Origin: Octopus sinensis
Taxonomy: Eukaryota
Length of the DNA: 64,000 bases
Assembly (NCBI RefSeq): GCF_006345805.1
Contig: NC_043005.1
Span: 32,550,001-32,614,000, forward strand
Direction of reading: 5' to 3'
Position numbers and translations under genes: made by a program. The first letter of the stretch is position 1. Each line of letters begins with the position of its first letter. The notes below the pieces were generated by a model. It was not told the DNA's origin, did no database searches, and worked only from the letters and a program-made list of their open reading frames with translations. Below are positions 38,281-51,439 of this stretch, in pieces.

Positions 38281-41200
38281 GAAAGGAGGAAGTGAATAAC
38301 CATTTCAAAATGATGGTCTTGCAGATGAAATCCTGCAGATTGAGATGCATAGAAGTAAGCACTTCATTGTGTGTAGACTCATCCAAACAATGGATGTTGA
38401 GAAAAAGCAGATGTTTAACTGATTATTAGAATGATTATAAAAGTATGTGTTATTTTTAAATCTATGTATATTGTGTTAGCTATTGCAACTGTATTGTGTC
38501 TCGAGGCAAGATGTGTCTGTTTTTTGCTTCAGCTTAGCTTGCTAAAAATAGTTGCCACTCCCACTTTACGCTTGCATGATTAACAGCAAGAGCATCAAGA
38601 GGTGGTGGTGGGGAAACACATCAAAACAAACCTCTCAATTCTCCTCATGCAACAAAATGTTTAAACCTCTCAGATTTGGAGAGAGGAAAATACAAAGTGT
38701 GGAGAAAATGCTCATCATCATTTTTATCATTGTCATTGTCATTTCAATAGCTGCATCTTTTGAATTATGGTACAGCTTCATTGGGACTGCCATTGAGCAT
38801 ATCAACAGTTTGCATGCGCACATACATTCAAATGCACCCAATGTCTGTAATTATGAGTCTTTCTGTACAGGTTTTTTTGTGTACTGAAGTGGTGCTCCAT
38901 CATGGCCTTATTCATGATGAGTAAAACAAAGTAAATAACATTGTCTGTAATTTGTCTTCTTTATAGTTACTGACACTGCTGATTCTTCTTTAAGATGTCT
39001 TAACAACACCTTGCCATCACTGAAGAAATATAAAATGGACTCTTGGTGTAAAATATGGAGTCTTTGAGATTCTGTAAAAGTTCCTTTGTTTCTAACTTAT
39101 CTTCAGATCTCACTTCACACACACTATGTATTTGGCTTTGATTCCAAGTGGGCTTCAGCTTAATTCTTACTTTTTTTTTTTGTAATCATATTCTTCTTTG
39201 GGTGTATAATTAACAAGCTGTCAACTGCAAACCTGTTGTCCTGTCAGATTCTATCAAAATCTTTCATTTGAAAGATTTTCAAGGATTCTCCTGCTGCTGC
39301 AATGATGATTTACAGGAATTTATGGCTGAAACTTAAACTACTTCTGAAGTCATAATACAGTAAAATGAGAAGACTATTGTGATACAGTAATGATTTCTTT
39401 TGCTTGATACACACCTGGTTTTGCCAGATCAAGGACAATTGCTGATGAAACTGATCCCTGTAGGATTTAGACTATCATAATACTGAAGCATTGAATTTTG
39501 CTCTCCATATCTCCTGAAACATGATATAGTAACATTCAATACAGCATTTTGATTTAGCTAATGTTGTTCATGCATGCTGTCTACCTTTCAATGTTAGTTT
39601 AAGTTTGTTCCACAAGTGTACAATTATTCAGCTAAAGGAATGGGCTCACAGTCTCAGTAACATTCTGTCAATGTTAAACATTACCTATAAGGGAAGCATT
39701 CTGGCTCTTGGCTTGTGTTTTTAATTAATAACCCAGTTTAACACCACCACCTGGTCCTTGAATACCTTTTAGCAGAGTCCACTCTTTTGTTACTCAGTTT
39801 AACACCACTATCTGGTCCTTGGGTAACTTTAGCAAGCACAGACATGTAAAGGCATGTGGCCTAGTTGTTAAGGTGTTGGGCTGACAATCAGGTAGTTATG
39901 GATTCTGCTCATGACCCAGGCAGTGTGTCGTGTTCTTGAGTACGGCACTTCATTTGCTGTTGCCTCAGTCTGCTCGGCCTGGTTCTGGTGCTGCTTTGTT
40001 CAGCAACACCAGAACAAACTGTCACATCATGGATATTACACTTGGTCAAAGATGAGACAGTGAAGAGAGTGCCCATGTCTTGCCACCATCACCATCATAT
40101 AGCCACCAAAAAACAAGCAAAACTGGGTTACAAGCTATCAGTCTTACTTGTTGGCAAGTAATGGCTACACTTGCTTATATATTTGTGTGTGTGTACCTAA
40201 CACATTGAGTTGTAATTAGTTATCTGTAATAATGTCAAGTGTGTAACAATTTATAAGTTATATAAGTGGATGTGATAACAGTTGTAAATGTATGGAAGCT
40301 GTGTATTAAATGTTTGTGTGCGCATATGTGCTGAAAGAAGCATTCTGGGGCTATAAAATTAGGTATATAATTTTAAAGACTCTCTCCTTTGTAAGTATAT
40401 TTCATAATATACATACAGCTTGCTGACAAATAAGCTTAATTTCTTAAGAATTATCACAAGTTCTGCAATTTCATATTGTCGATTAGGTTTTTGTTTTGTT
40501 TTGTTTTTGATGTTATTAGGGCAGAACAACATGATAGCATAAAACCTGGCACCACAAGAGTTTGGCAAAGTTTCAAATACCATTTCACTTATTCTTTTTT
40601 CCTTCTAGTTTTTATCAGACTAGTATTTTTTCTCCCTTGTTTCTAAAGATAAATATCTTGTAGTAGCTTCTTGTCCATTACACACACACACACACACACA
40701 CCACACACACACACACACATGCACGCACCCACTCCCTCTCTCTTTTCTACAGTTGCCCACTCTTACACTATTCTCTTCTATTGTATACATGTAACGTTGT
40801 TATGAAATCCTTTTTCTTCTTTATCTGATTTATTAAAAACATTTCTGGTTGTTTTGTTATTTTTTTTTTTTCTTCCTGTCTTAAGTATTCACAAACTCCA
40901 TCTTGCAAACTTCACCATTTTAGTTTCTTGCTTATGAAGATATTTTCATAACCATTTACTGTTTATTTTTGCTGTAAGAGCTTGGGCAAGAATTGGTAAT
41001 GATTTTTTATCTCCCCCTACTCCTTTTCATCCTTTTTACTCTGTTTTTAGACAATTCAACAATTATATATTTTTTCTTTCGATGGTAATTTCTCCAAGAA
41101 TCCATTCTCCCACTGAAGTAAATTTAAATTCTCACCAAAATACAGAATTAAGAACAATCCATCATTAGTTATCACCTAATTATTAATTATTAATAATATT

Positions 41201-41849
41201 AATACGTTAACTTTGTTTTTGTACATACCTGTCGTGTATGTCACACTTACTTCAAAGAAGTGGCAGAGGGAGAGAGGAAGAAGGAGTGAGAGAAAAAGAG
41301 AGTGTGAGAGAGAAAGTGAGAAAGAGAGAGTGAAAGAGACAGTGGTGAGTGGTAATGGCGTTCATTTTGTGTTTTTAAATGTTTATCACATCGCAAGAGA
41401 AGTAGATAGGAGAGAAGAGGGACACAAAGGAAGTGAAAGAGAAAGAGAGAAAGTGAGAGAGACAGTGGATGCATAAATCCAAAGAAAAGTTCATATACAA
41501 ATACATAGACACAGCAAATATTAGCTGTCAATTTCACTTTTCATTACCACACGAGGATAAAATAAAATTAAATCACAAATGGCTGAGTACTCCACAAACA
41601 TGCATAATATTGATGTAGTTCTCAGGGAGATTCAGCCTCACACAGAATATGACAAGGCTGGCCCCTTTGAGTTACAGCTACAACTTGAGACATATATATA
41701 TGAATGTATTTGTGTGTGTGTATAGTTTAGGTTAGTTAAAGTATGTTTGCAATAATAAGTGTTGCATGGTAGAAATAAACGCAATTACCAAACTTTCATT
41801 CATAAATCCATTATTTCGTTTTCTTGCATTTCAATTTGTACATTTGTAC

Positions 41850-42543
41850 CCAGAAATTTTCAACAACTGCTTGCCAGATGAAATGGAGAAACGAGTAATT
41901 TTATCTCCTAAAAATTCTGACTGTCTTGCAATAAATGAAAAAGTTCTTAATATTATACCAAAGGCACTTAAAACATACTTAAGCACAGATTCAGTGTCCT
42001 CCAATAATGAAGAGGAGGTTCAGAACTATCCATTTGAATTCATAAACTCACTCACTCGATCCAGTATGCCTCCTCATCGCCTAAACTTCAAAGTGGGGAC
42101 TATTGTAATGCTGCTAAGAAATTTTTCGATCAGTCAAGGATTATGTAATGGAACTCGCATGAAAGTGCAAAGACTTCATGAACATTGTGTAGAGGCATCA
42201 TTGGTATCAGGCTCCAACAGAAGTCGTACAGTTCTAATTCCTAGAATTAAACTTAGCCCAAATGATGCAGATATACCATTCACACTAAACAGGCTTCAGT
42301 TTCCACTTCGACTTGCATATTCAGTGACAATTAATAAGGCTCAAGGGCAAACATTTGAAAATAGTTGGATTACATTTTCCTCAACCGGTATTTTCTCATG
42401 GCCAATTATGTGTTGCATTTTCAAGAGCACGAGCTATGAACAATATCAAAGTAAGAGTTATGACACTCAATTGGGATAACAGACAAAGCCAAAAATGTGT
42501 TGTGACATACACACAAAATATTGTCTACCATGAAGTGCTGTGA
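41850..42543 (+). pseudogene. Helitron RepHel PIF1-like helicase, C-terminal fragment
   Basis: ILSPKN, MPPHRL, VMLLRN, GLCNGTR, RLQFPLRLAYSVTINKAQGQT, then a frameshift at ~42355 to FSHGQLCVAFSR...TQNIVYHEVL*. Confidence 0.93.
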
Positions 42544-42705
42544 AGAAGACCACCACACCAGCTAGCGTCACCACCACACTAGCCGCTCCATCATTACGCA
42601 TCCAAATTACACCCTTAAGGTCGGGGAACCAGTTAGGGGCTCGCTGGATCTCTCTTGGCATACCAGCAAACCACAAAATCACACTAGCCAGCATCACCAC
42701 TACCT

Positions 42706-42945
42706 CCAAGCCCGTCATATATATGTATGTACATATGTATGTATGTGTGTGTTTGTGTCTGTGTTTGCTCCACTACCACCACCATTGCTTAACAGCCGAT
42801 GTTGGTGCATTTAGCTGTTCAGCAGAAAAGAATGATAGAATAAGTACCAGGCTTACGGGGAATAAGTCCAGGGGTCAATTTCTTCTACTAAAGGGTGCTG
42901 TTCCAGCATGGCCACTGTCAAATAATTGAAACAAGTAAAAGAATA
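42706..42945 (+). mobile_element. SINE family A, 3' half
   Basis: AAGCCCGTC, a microsatellite, then GATAGAATAAGTACCAGG...GAAACAAGTAAAAGAAT. Confidence 0.8.
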
Positions 42946-43124
42946 CCAGAAAAGCATTCCGTACCACTAAACCAAGAAGGTTCTTTGAATATGTATGATG
43001 TATTTTAAGGTTAAATAGTAATTCTGTTTACGGTTGTGTAACTGAGATATTTTGGTTGGATTATATAGTCATTGGTATTACATTACTTTCTATATTCTGT
43101 AACTGTCACAATATAATTTTTTAG

Positions 43125-43290
43125 GCCTGAAATTTTTGTGGATAGGGTGGCCAGTTGATTAGATCGACCCCAGTGCACGACTGGTACTTAATTTACTGAT
43201 CCCAAAAGGACGAATGGCAAAGTCGACCATGGCAGAATTTGAACTCAGAATGTAAAGACAGACAGTCATGATATACAAACATTTCCCAAG
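43125..43290 (-). mobile_element. SINE family B copy
   Basis: GATCGACCCCAGTGC...GGCAAAGTCGACC...GAATTTGAACTCAGAATG. Confidence 0.75.
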
Positions 43291-45294
43291 GCACCAGTAC
43301 GCTGTTTACAGATGGTGAAGTCTTGGTCTTGAGTGCTGAAGTGAAAGTCATACAATTCGTGTGCAATATGAACCAAGAGGACAATGTGTATGAGTTGCTG
43401 CTTGACACGATATAAAATGGGGGAGATGATTGGAAAACTGGATGGAATTTAAATTGTTAGTCATGTTATTTCTGATGGGTTAATCAAGTGAGTAGGAAAT
43501 TTGAGTTTTTGATTACCCAGCATTTGAATTTAAACATACACTGGTACTACACTTGATATGTTTAGTAATAGTCATTGTTGTATTGACTAGCTGGCAGCCT
43601 GGGGGGTGGGGGATCATCTCAACCAATATGCCATTATGGGTGCTGCTGGATGATGGATTCTGGTGATGATGTTATTCTACACTTCCTTATCCATGATGCT
43701 GGCCTTAGTATGCTCATGGTCTAAGTGGTGCAACTTCAGGTCTTCCTCAATTTGTTTTGCCCATGAGACAATGTTGGAATTAGATTTGAGTTCTTAATAA
43801 CTTTCAGGAAGTAGTTTCATCTTTTTTACTCAGATGTTTAGCTTATTGATTCCATAGTAGCCAGTATTGGTGTAAGTAGGTGTAGAGCTAGTTTACAGTC
43901 TGTTGTATCTAGGAAGAGTAAACAAGGCAAAGATCAGCCACCGACAGCGAAGGGGTATAGGTATAATAGATAGTTCAACAACATCTAGGCTACAGGTATC
44001 CTCTACTTGAGTTTTTGACTCAATTCTCTGACTGTTTCATACACTGAAGATCAACTACAAAATTACTGGTACATTCCACTGGGTGAGTTAAAATCCCTCC
44101 ACCTCCAGTATTATGTAGGAAACTATTGATTACTTTAATAAATCATCATATGCATGAAACAAAATGAAAACAAAGACATACATATTCATTCTTCCAACAG
44201 ATTTGATCATGCATACCCTAGTCACTGTTATGTTTCACAGCTTCAGCAATATTATTCTGCATATCATAAACTATTTTAAATGACATGTTACAACTGGAAG
44301 ATATGGTCTGCAACTTAGGTGACAAAATTTGTTTTGGCTTTTGAGCTAATGACCAACATAGTACTTGAGACTTGAATATGTTACAAGTTTGAAATTACTA
44401 TTTGTATAGTCTTTGAGGTGTGTATGGTTGTAAATCATGAGATTTACCATGCCGGACGAAGACTAAGTTGAGCTTGGTTCTCTAGAGGAGACTAAGTTGA
44501 GCTTGATTCGCCTGATAGTCAGTATAGTGCTTTCTTTGTCATTATTGTCATCACTCGCACCCTGGTATGTTCTTAATGTGGTTTGATTAGTTAATTTACT
44601 GTTGAAATAACACATCACTAGAATCTCTGAGATTTTTACATGTTCATTATTATTTTTACTTTTATAATTGTCTAATTATCATAGTCAGATGTTTTTGTTT
44701 TTTCCTAATTTACAGGTAGATATTTTTTCTTATGTTTAGTTCTTATTTATTACTTATTGCTTCTGGTTTTATTTTTATTGTAAAGAATACAAAGTCACAG
44801 GAGGTTTCTCTCCCTACCCTCTCTCTCAAATGACAGATGAGATCCTTAGTGCCAAATTGGATTTTGTTTGAAATATGACTGTTTCTTTATCAACTAAACA
44901 AAATTGTTGGTGATATGTGCTTCATGCCACATAACTTTCTACTGTGCCTAATATGCAAGATTGAAGGTTCTTTTTTATGAAAGTTATTTGACATTTATTA
45001 AATGAATTATATTATGAGAAATTAAAATATAGGCAAGTTAAATATTACTGACAGATCATTTATTGTCCCTTTTATTTTCCAATTAGGACTGTTTACCTCT
45101 TTGTCTGGTTTATATCAGAAATCCTGAGGCCTAACTTAATATTAAAATCCTGAGTTGTTAGTTTGTTTTTTTAAACCTTTTATTGCTATATTGCTAATGG
45201 AATAATACACTATCACTGTGTTTCAAATAGTTTTGGAAATAATCAAAAGTTTGGATGGCTTTTGTAAAGTAAATATTAATATTTTTCAATATTA

Positions 45295-45509
45295 AAGGCG
45301 GTGAGCTGACAGAATTATTAGCATACTGGGCAAAATGCTTAGCAGCATTTTGTCTGTCTTTACATTCTGAGTTCAAATTCTGCTGTGGTCAACTTTGCCT
45401 TTCGTCCTTTTGGGGTTGATAAAGTAAGTACCATTTGAACACTGGGGTTGATGTAAACCAGCTGAACCTCTCCCCTGAAATTGCTGGTCTTGTGCCAAAG
45501 TTTGAAACC
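45295..45509 (+). mobile_element. Full-length SINE family B (tRNA-like head)
   Basis: AAGGCGGTGAGCTGACAGAAT (A-box-like), GAGTTCAAATTC (B-box), ending GCCAAAGTTTGAAACC. About a dozen related copies occur in the window (e.g. ~15220, ~22255, ~63380). Confidence 0.85.
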
Positions 45510-45626
45510 AGTATATATAGTATTAAGCTAACATTTAGAATGTAAGTCCTGACATGAAATTATGGTGAAAGATTCTAAGTTAGACAGAATCCTTTTAAAA
45601 CTTGATGGTTTCTTTTTTTTTAATTA

Positions 45627-46090
<464 letters not shown>

Positions 46091-47819
46091 AAGAATAGAA
46101 CAAGGACTGGTCTCTAGTGGGTTGATATTAGAAAGGTTAAAGGCTTCATGTTGTTTCTTCTGAATTCTGAAAATGTATGAGTATCAGGTACAGTTGAATT
46201 CTATTTTGTAAGCAGTTTTCTTGAGTTTTATGGTAGTCTCCTTTAGTGAATGAGAATTCATCTTGTTGAACAACTTGCATGATGATATTATTATAGTGAG
46301 CGTGGTTTGTGCAGAGCTATTCTTACTCCCTCATCCTTCAAACTTGTATTGGTCTGGTGCAACAAATGTCATGAGCCTAGTAGTTATTGCAATGCAATAC
46401 AAACTTCACTTCTCCCCTCTGTTCTTTCTTATCCATCTCCCACTCTCCCATTCTGGGCTATGGGTAGTGACCTTCTTTGTAAACAAATATCTAAAGAGAA
46501 AAATAAATACCTTGTTATATCCCTGGTTACTGATAATTAAAACTTCCAGTCTCTTAATAGTTCAAATATATGTTGTTTAGAATATTGAAACTAATTGCTC
46601 TCTGTGCGATTTGGTTGTTTAACAATCTGCTTGTAAACACCAGCCAGTGAAACATGCCACATGTGCGCACGTACATGCACGCACGCACAATCTCTCCCTC
46701 CCCTGCTCTCTCAAAGGGAGGCTCAACAAACAAATGTCTGCAACAGTGATTGTTAAATCATCCCATGGGAATTAATGAAAACTTCTTGTTTAATTCACCA
46801 GGGAATTTTAGATTCCATTATCCTTGTGCTTTTTGTCCTTTTCTTTGTTTCACCCCCCTTCCTCTACATTGAGTTTTCCTCTCATTGGTTTCTATTAAAA
46901 ATCTATTCTGTTTTAAACAAAGTTTAAACCATTCCCTGTGTATTCTCAAGTTAGTGAGAGAGGAACTATGGTAATTCTTGCAGTACACCTGAAAAATAAA
47001 TGGGTGAGTTATGGTTGGAGTGACTTTCATCATAGGTTTGTTGTGCTGAGGCTGACCTAGGGCTAAATAACAGCAACTGGTATTTTAGGATAGAAATTAT
47101 TGGAAAGTGTTTGTGATGTGGACTTGGTTTAGTATAAATGAAGATGGTGGGGGTGTGAGAAACTCAGTTTCAGTATTTTTATATGATGTTTAGGTATGTG
47201 TGTCATGATTAGGAGATCAAATCCTATGAAGGTGGGAGGTGAGGGCGAGAGAGGGGTGGTTGTTTGCTTTTCACAAAATGACCTTTCTTCTAGTGGAACA
47301 TGTTCAGTTCTTGTATTTTAATCTATGATCTGATAATTAATTAGCAGCATTGCTGATTTGATTTCTCTGTCTCCCTCTATTTACCACTCAGCTCCTGCTT
47401 TTCTGTAGTTGTGTGTCTGTTTCTCTCATTCATCAAAAGTCTCTTTGTATCTACCTCTCTCCAATTTCTCTCTCTCTCTCTCTTCTTTTACCTTATCTTT
47501 TTTTATTATTTCTTACCCACTCCCTACTTTCTCTCTGCCCTATATCACTTTCTCTTCTACCATTTTCTATAAAACACAGCAGACATCATTCAATGTTAGA
47601 CCTGTTCACTTCACATAAGTAATGGTAAGGCAGAAGTGGTTGTGGCTAAAAATGATAAAATAATTTTCGGTAGAAATGATTTTTATTTTAGTATTTTCTA
47701 CTTAATATCATTGTTGTCTTTCTAGTTCTCTATCTTCACTTTCTTCTCTCCTATTGATGTGTGTACATGTGTGTATGTATGTATATGTAAGAGAGTGTGT
47801 GTGTGTGTGTGTGTGTGTG

Positions 47820-47877
<58 letters not shown>

Positions 47878-48067
47878 GATAGATAGATACTATGCTCAAA
47901 TAGCAATCAATCAATAATAACTCAACTTTTCTAGTGTTTCTTGATTCGTTAGCGTAACATAATCTAAATTATATATGTAATTCACCATACTTAAACTGGA
48001 TGATAGCTGTTATGTTGTTGTTTTCCGGATCTGATGATGATGATGATTATTATTATTATTATTATTA

Positions 48068-48100
<33 letters not shown>

Positions 48101-50332
48101 GTTGTTGTTGTTGTAGTATATGATTGCTAGCTAACTTTTGACATTGATTGGTTTGGATTACTTTCCATAGAAATGATGAACATGTTTATAATTTTTTTTT
48201 TTCATAATTTTAAATTCTGTTCTATTTCATTTTCATATTACATTTTAACCTCTTCACTTATATGAATCAACAAATTTTTTTCCTGTGGTTCTTAGGATTC
48301 TTACTGTATTTTGTGTATGTGTGTGTGATATGCTGTTAGATATATTATGCAGTAGCTGTACATAATATGGAGCAGCCAAGATGTAGAGAGCCAGTGCTTG
48401 TCTACAGTAGTTATACCTCTATAAATAAATGATTAACAGTGTATCTTGAGTACAACTTGAGAAATGAATGGTTTCAGTAGTGCAGTATATAAGGAAAAGC
48501 TCTTTTCAGGAATACAAAACTTTATTTGTTAATCCTTGTTGATAAATAATTAGTAAAGAGAATTCTCTGTGAACCAAGTCACCACACTGTGTGCCAAGTC
48601 TTAGCTGGTGCTGTGTCTGGTTATACAAAATATACACTACCATCTTTATCTCAGTTATAGCTGATAACTAACTAGTTCAGTTATCAGCTAAAACTGAAAC
48701 TGTTAAATGAAATGTAATGTACCATTTTCTTTTTAAACTGGTGTTTTTTAGAGATTTTTTTCTTTCCTCTTTCTCTGAAGAATGATATCTATTTCACCAA
48801 TTATCATCAAACTGATATATATTTCTTTCTTAACAAAGGTACCCATCCCACTACCATTTTTCTTTTCTGGAGTCTTAGTCATTCATTTTTAGGACATTAA
48901 GCCAATGAGAATTGTACCTAAACCCATATCGGAAACTTGTTCATTGGAAATAGTTGTATATTCATGAACCACTGCAATATCAGTAACCTGTCAACAACAA
49001 CATATTCTAGTTCACCCACCTGTTAGATAATCTCTTTGTTACCTTGAAATAAAAGACCATGTTGACTTATATGCTATACAAGCCTCACTACCTTAAACTT
49101 GTTATTGAAGAAACTCAGATTTTCCTGCTCTACAAATCCCAACTGATATCAATTACCATCATGTACTTTCGACACTTTTGTATTTTGCTTCCCTGTCACA
49201 GTTGGCATCATAAACTAATGAACTATTTGTTAGTTTCTAATTAGAATCTTCAGCACTTTGACCAAAGTAAAGTCTGGTGCTGGTTACATGATATGAATTT
49301 GTGGAACTTGAACAAATTTCATATTCTGAGAAGTAAATGTTCACATTTTGTACACTGGACTCTTGTTTTCTTTTTTCTCTTTTCCTTTTACATTCTATAG
49401 ATTTTAAAAACTTCATATGATGGACTGAAATCTTTTTTACCCACACGTTTTCATTTTTATCTGGTCAGAAAATAGTGATTACTATATTTATACAACACAA
49501 CAGCAAAAGCTGCATCTATTGTGCATTTATTGTAATCTTAGTTTGATAAACATGATGCACTCGTTAAAAATACATCACATGGATGAGGGATGTCATTTCT
49601 TGCTCAACTGTATTTTTATATTTAAAAAATTCTTTTCTTTTAAAGCTCCATTTCATTTGAAAGTTGATTTTGCCATTCATCTGTTCACTGACAATAAAAT
49701 ATCTCTGATATCAATGAATATTTTCTAATGGCTTTATTTAGAAATAAAGTTTTCAGTTTCATTGTAAAATGACAGAAAAATATGGGAGGTAATAAATTTT
49801 ACGGTTTAAACATTTATTTTGTTATCATCATATAAAGGAAAAACTATCAAATAAAAATGGGTAGTTAAAAGTGAGGAAGCAACGTGATTGATATATTTAA
49901 TTTGATTTTAAAAAAATAGAGTTTGTTATACATAGAAAACAACGTAATGTTATGTAGTTTGTGTAACATAAGTTTAATGTTGAAATATTTGGGGGAGAAA
50001 CACAAGAGAAAGTAGGTAATAGTGTTAATTGATTGTGAAAAATGCAGCTCTGTGCTAATAAAAAAGTATATCACGGACAGATTTGTGTTGAAAGTTCGGA
50101 GAACTTTAGGATTGTTGGAACAGTTTATGATGGGGGAGCAGTGATTGCTAAAGAAAAAAGAATCCATCTCCTTCCTTTTACATAATCTTCTAGAATGGTC
50201 TGTCTATGTGCCAGAAGTGGAAACTAAGGAAGAGTCTCTTAGTGACTGGAAAGAAAGGGATTGGCCTCACTTGTCTCAGTTCTGATTGGCATGACTCTTC
50301 TGAAACTATGTAAATATATGTATGTGTGTGTA

Positions 50333-50597
50333 TCTCTGGAGATATGCTGTGACTGCAAAGACCCGACAAATAATGTGAGTTCATGTCTGTTTCCTGCACC
50401 AGTTTCGCATAGCCCAAGCCCATCCAAAGTATCTTGGATTGCAGAACAACCTGCTGTGCTTGAGGAGACCCATTGAGTCAAGTACATCAACATCAACATC
50501 AAAATAAATATCAAATGGAAATTGTAGTTGTGATACCTGTGCTGGTGGCACGTAAAAAGCACCATCTGAACATGGCTGATGCCAGCGCCGCCTAGAC
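50333..50597 (+). mobile_element. RTE LINE 3' fragment
   Basis: Reverse-complement match to ~18010-18330. Confidence 0.85.
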
Positions 50598-50932
50598 TGT
50601 TAAGTTTTGTATCTGTATTCAATCCCTCTCTAAAGAATTATCTCAAATAGGGACAAACAAAACTAGCCAGGCCGTTGCCTATTTTCTGTAGAGGTTGTAA
50701 AGGCTTTTATTTACATTTCTCTAGTGTATTGAATTACAGGCAGCACAGTTGAAACTCATTCTCTTGCTCACTGGTTCTGTTGCCATGGTAATGAGATATG
50801 CTTCTGAGTGAAAGTTGGGTCAAAGAAGATGGTTGTTGATTCACTCAATATGTCTAAAATTTTAGAGTTTAGAGTGTTTCTTTCTGTTTCAGGATGTGCA
50901 AGTTGGGTGGCTCAACAAAATGGAGAGGGCTC

Positions 50933-50974
<42 letters not shown>

Positions 50975-51302
50975 CAGTGGGGGTCTTCTTACCAATGTTT
51001 TTTAAAATTTAATTTCTATTATTTCATTTCTATTTAACTTATTGTTATGTATTTATTATACCCTGAAACTGGAAATTGGGGTATGATGGTGGCACTTTTG
51101 CTTATCAAGAAGTGGATATTGTAAATATGGTGTGTGGGTGTAATGATGAGTGGTTTGATACAGTATATTTAGGTGTACTGATTTAGTTTACCAGTGAAAG
51201 AGATTAAGATGACTTTAGCCAAGAATCAAACATGACATTGCAAAGAGACTATCTAATCAATTCTGGAGACTTACAAAAAGACTTTACACACCAGAAGGGA
51301 AA

Positions 51303-51388
<86 letters not shown>

Positions 51389-51439
51389 GCTGTCTCCCTT
51401 TATCTCACCCCCCTCTCTCTCATCATTTTTTGTTTCGAA

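Noticed and set aside
38900-39700. Possible LINE RT remnant (LQGSVSS on the minus strand near 39450)
   Set aside because: A single motif in very decayed sequence, insufficient to classify.
41766-42543. Host PIF1 helicase gene
   Set aside because: Intronless, N-terminally truncated and frameshifted, with a Helitron-type NIVY.EVL terminus.
44460-44505. CRISPR-like repeat-spacer-repeat
   Set aside because: Only two 17-bp units with a 12-bp spacer, in eukaryotic DNA with no cas genes.
44700-44721. TTACAG|GTAGAT recursive-splice-like site (similar TAG|GTAACT at 15901)
   Set aside because: Donor halves are weak and such matches are expected by chance in AT-rich DNA.
47580-47624. Possible exon (CAGCAG acceptor, GTAAGG donor)
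   Set aside because: Stop codons in all three frames. No support as a coding exon.
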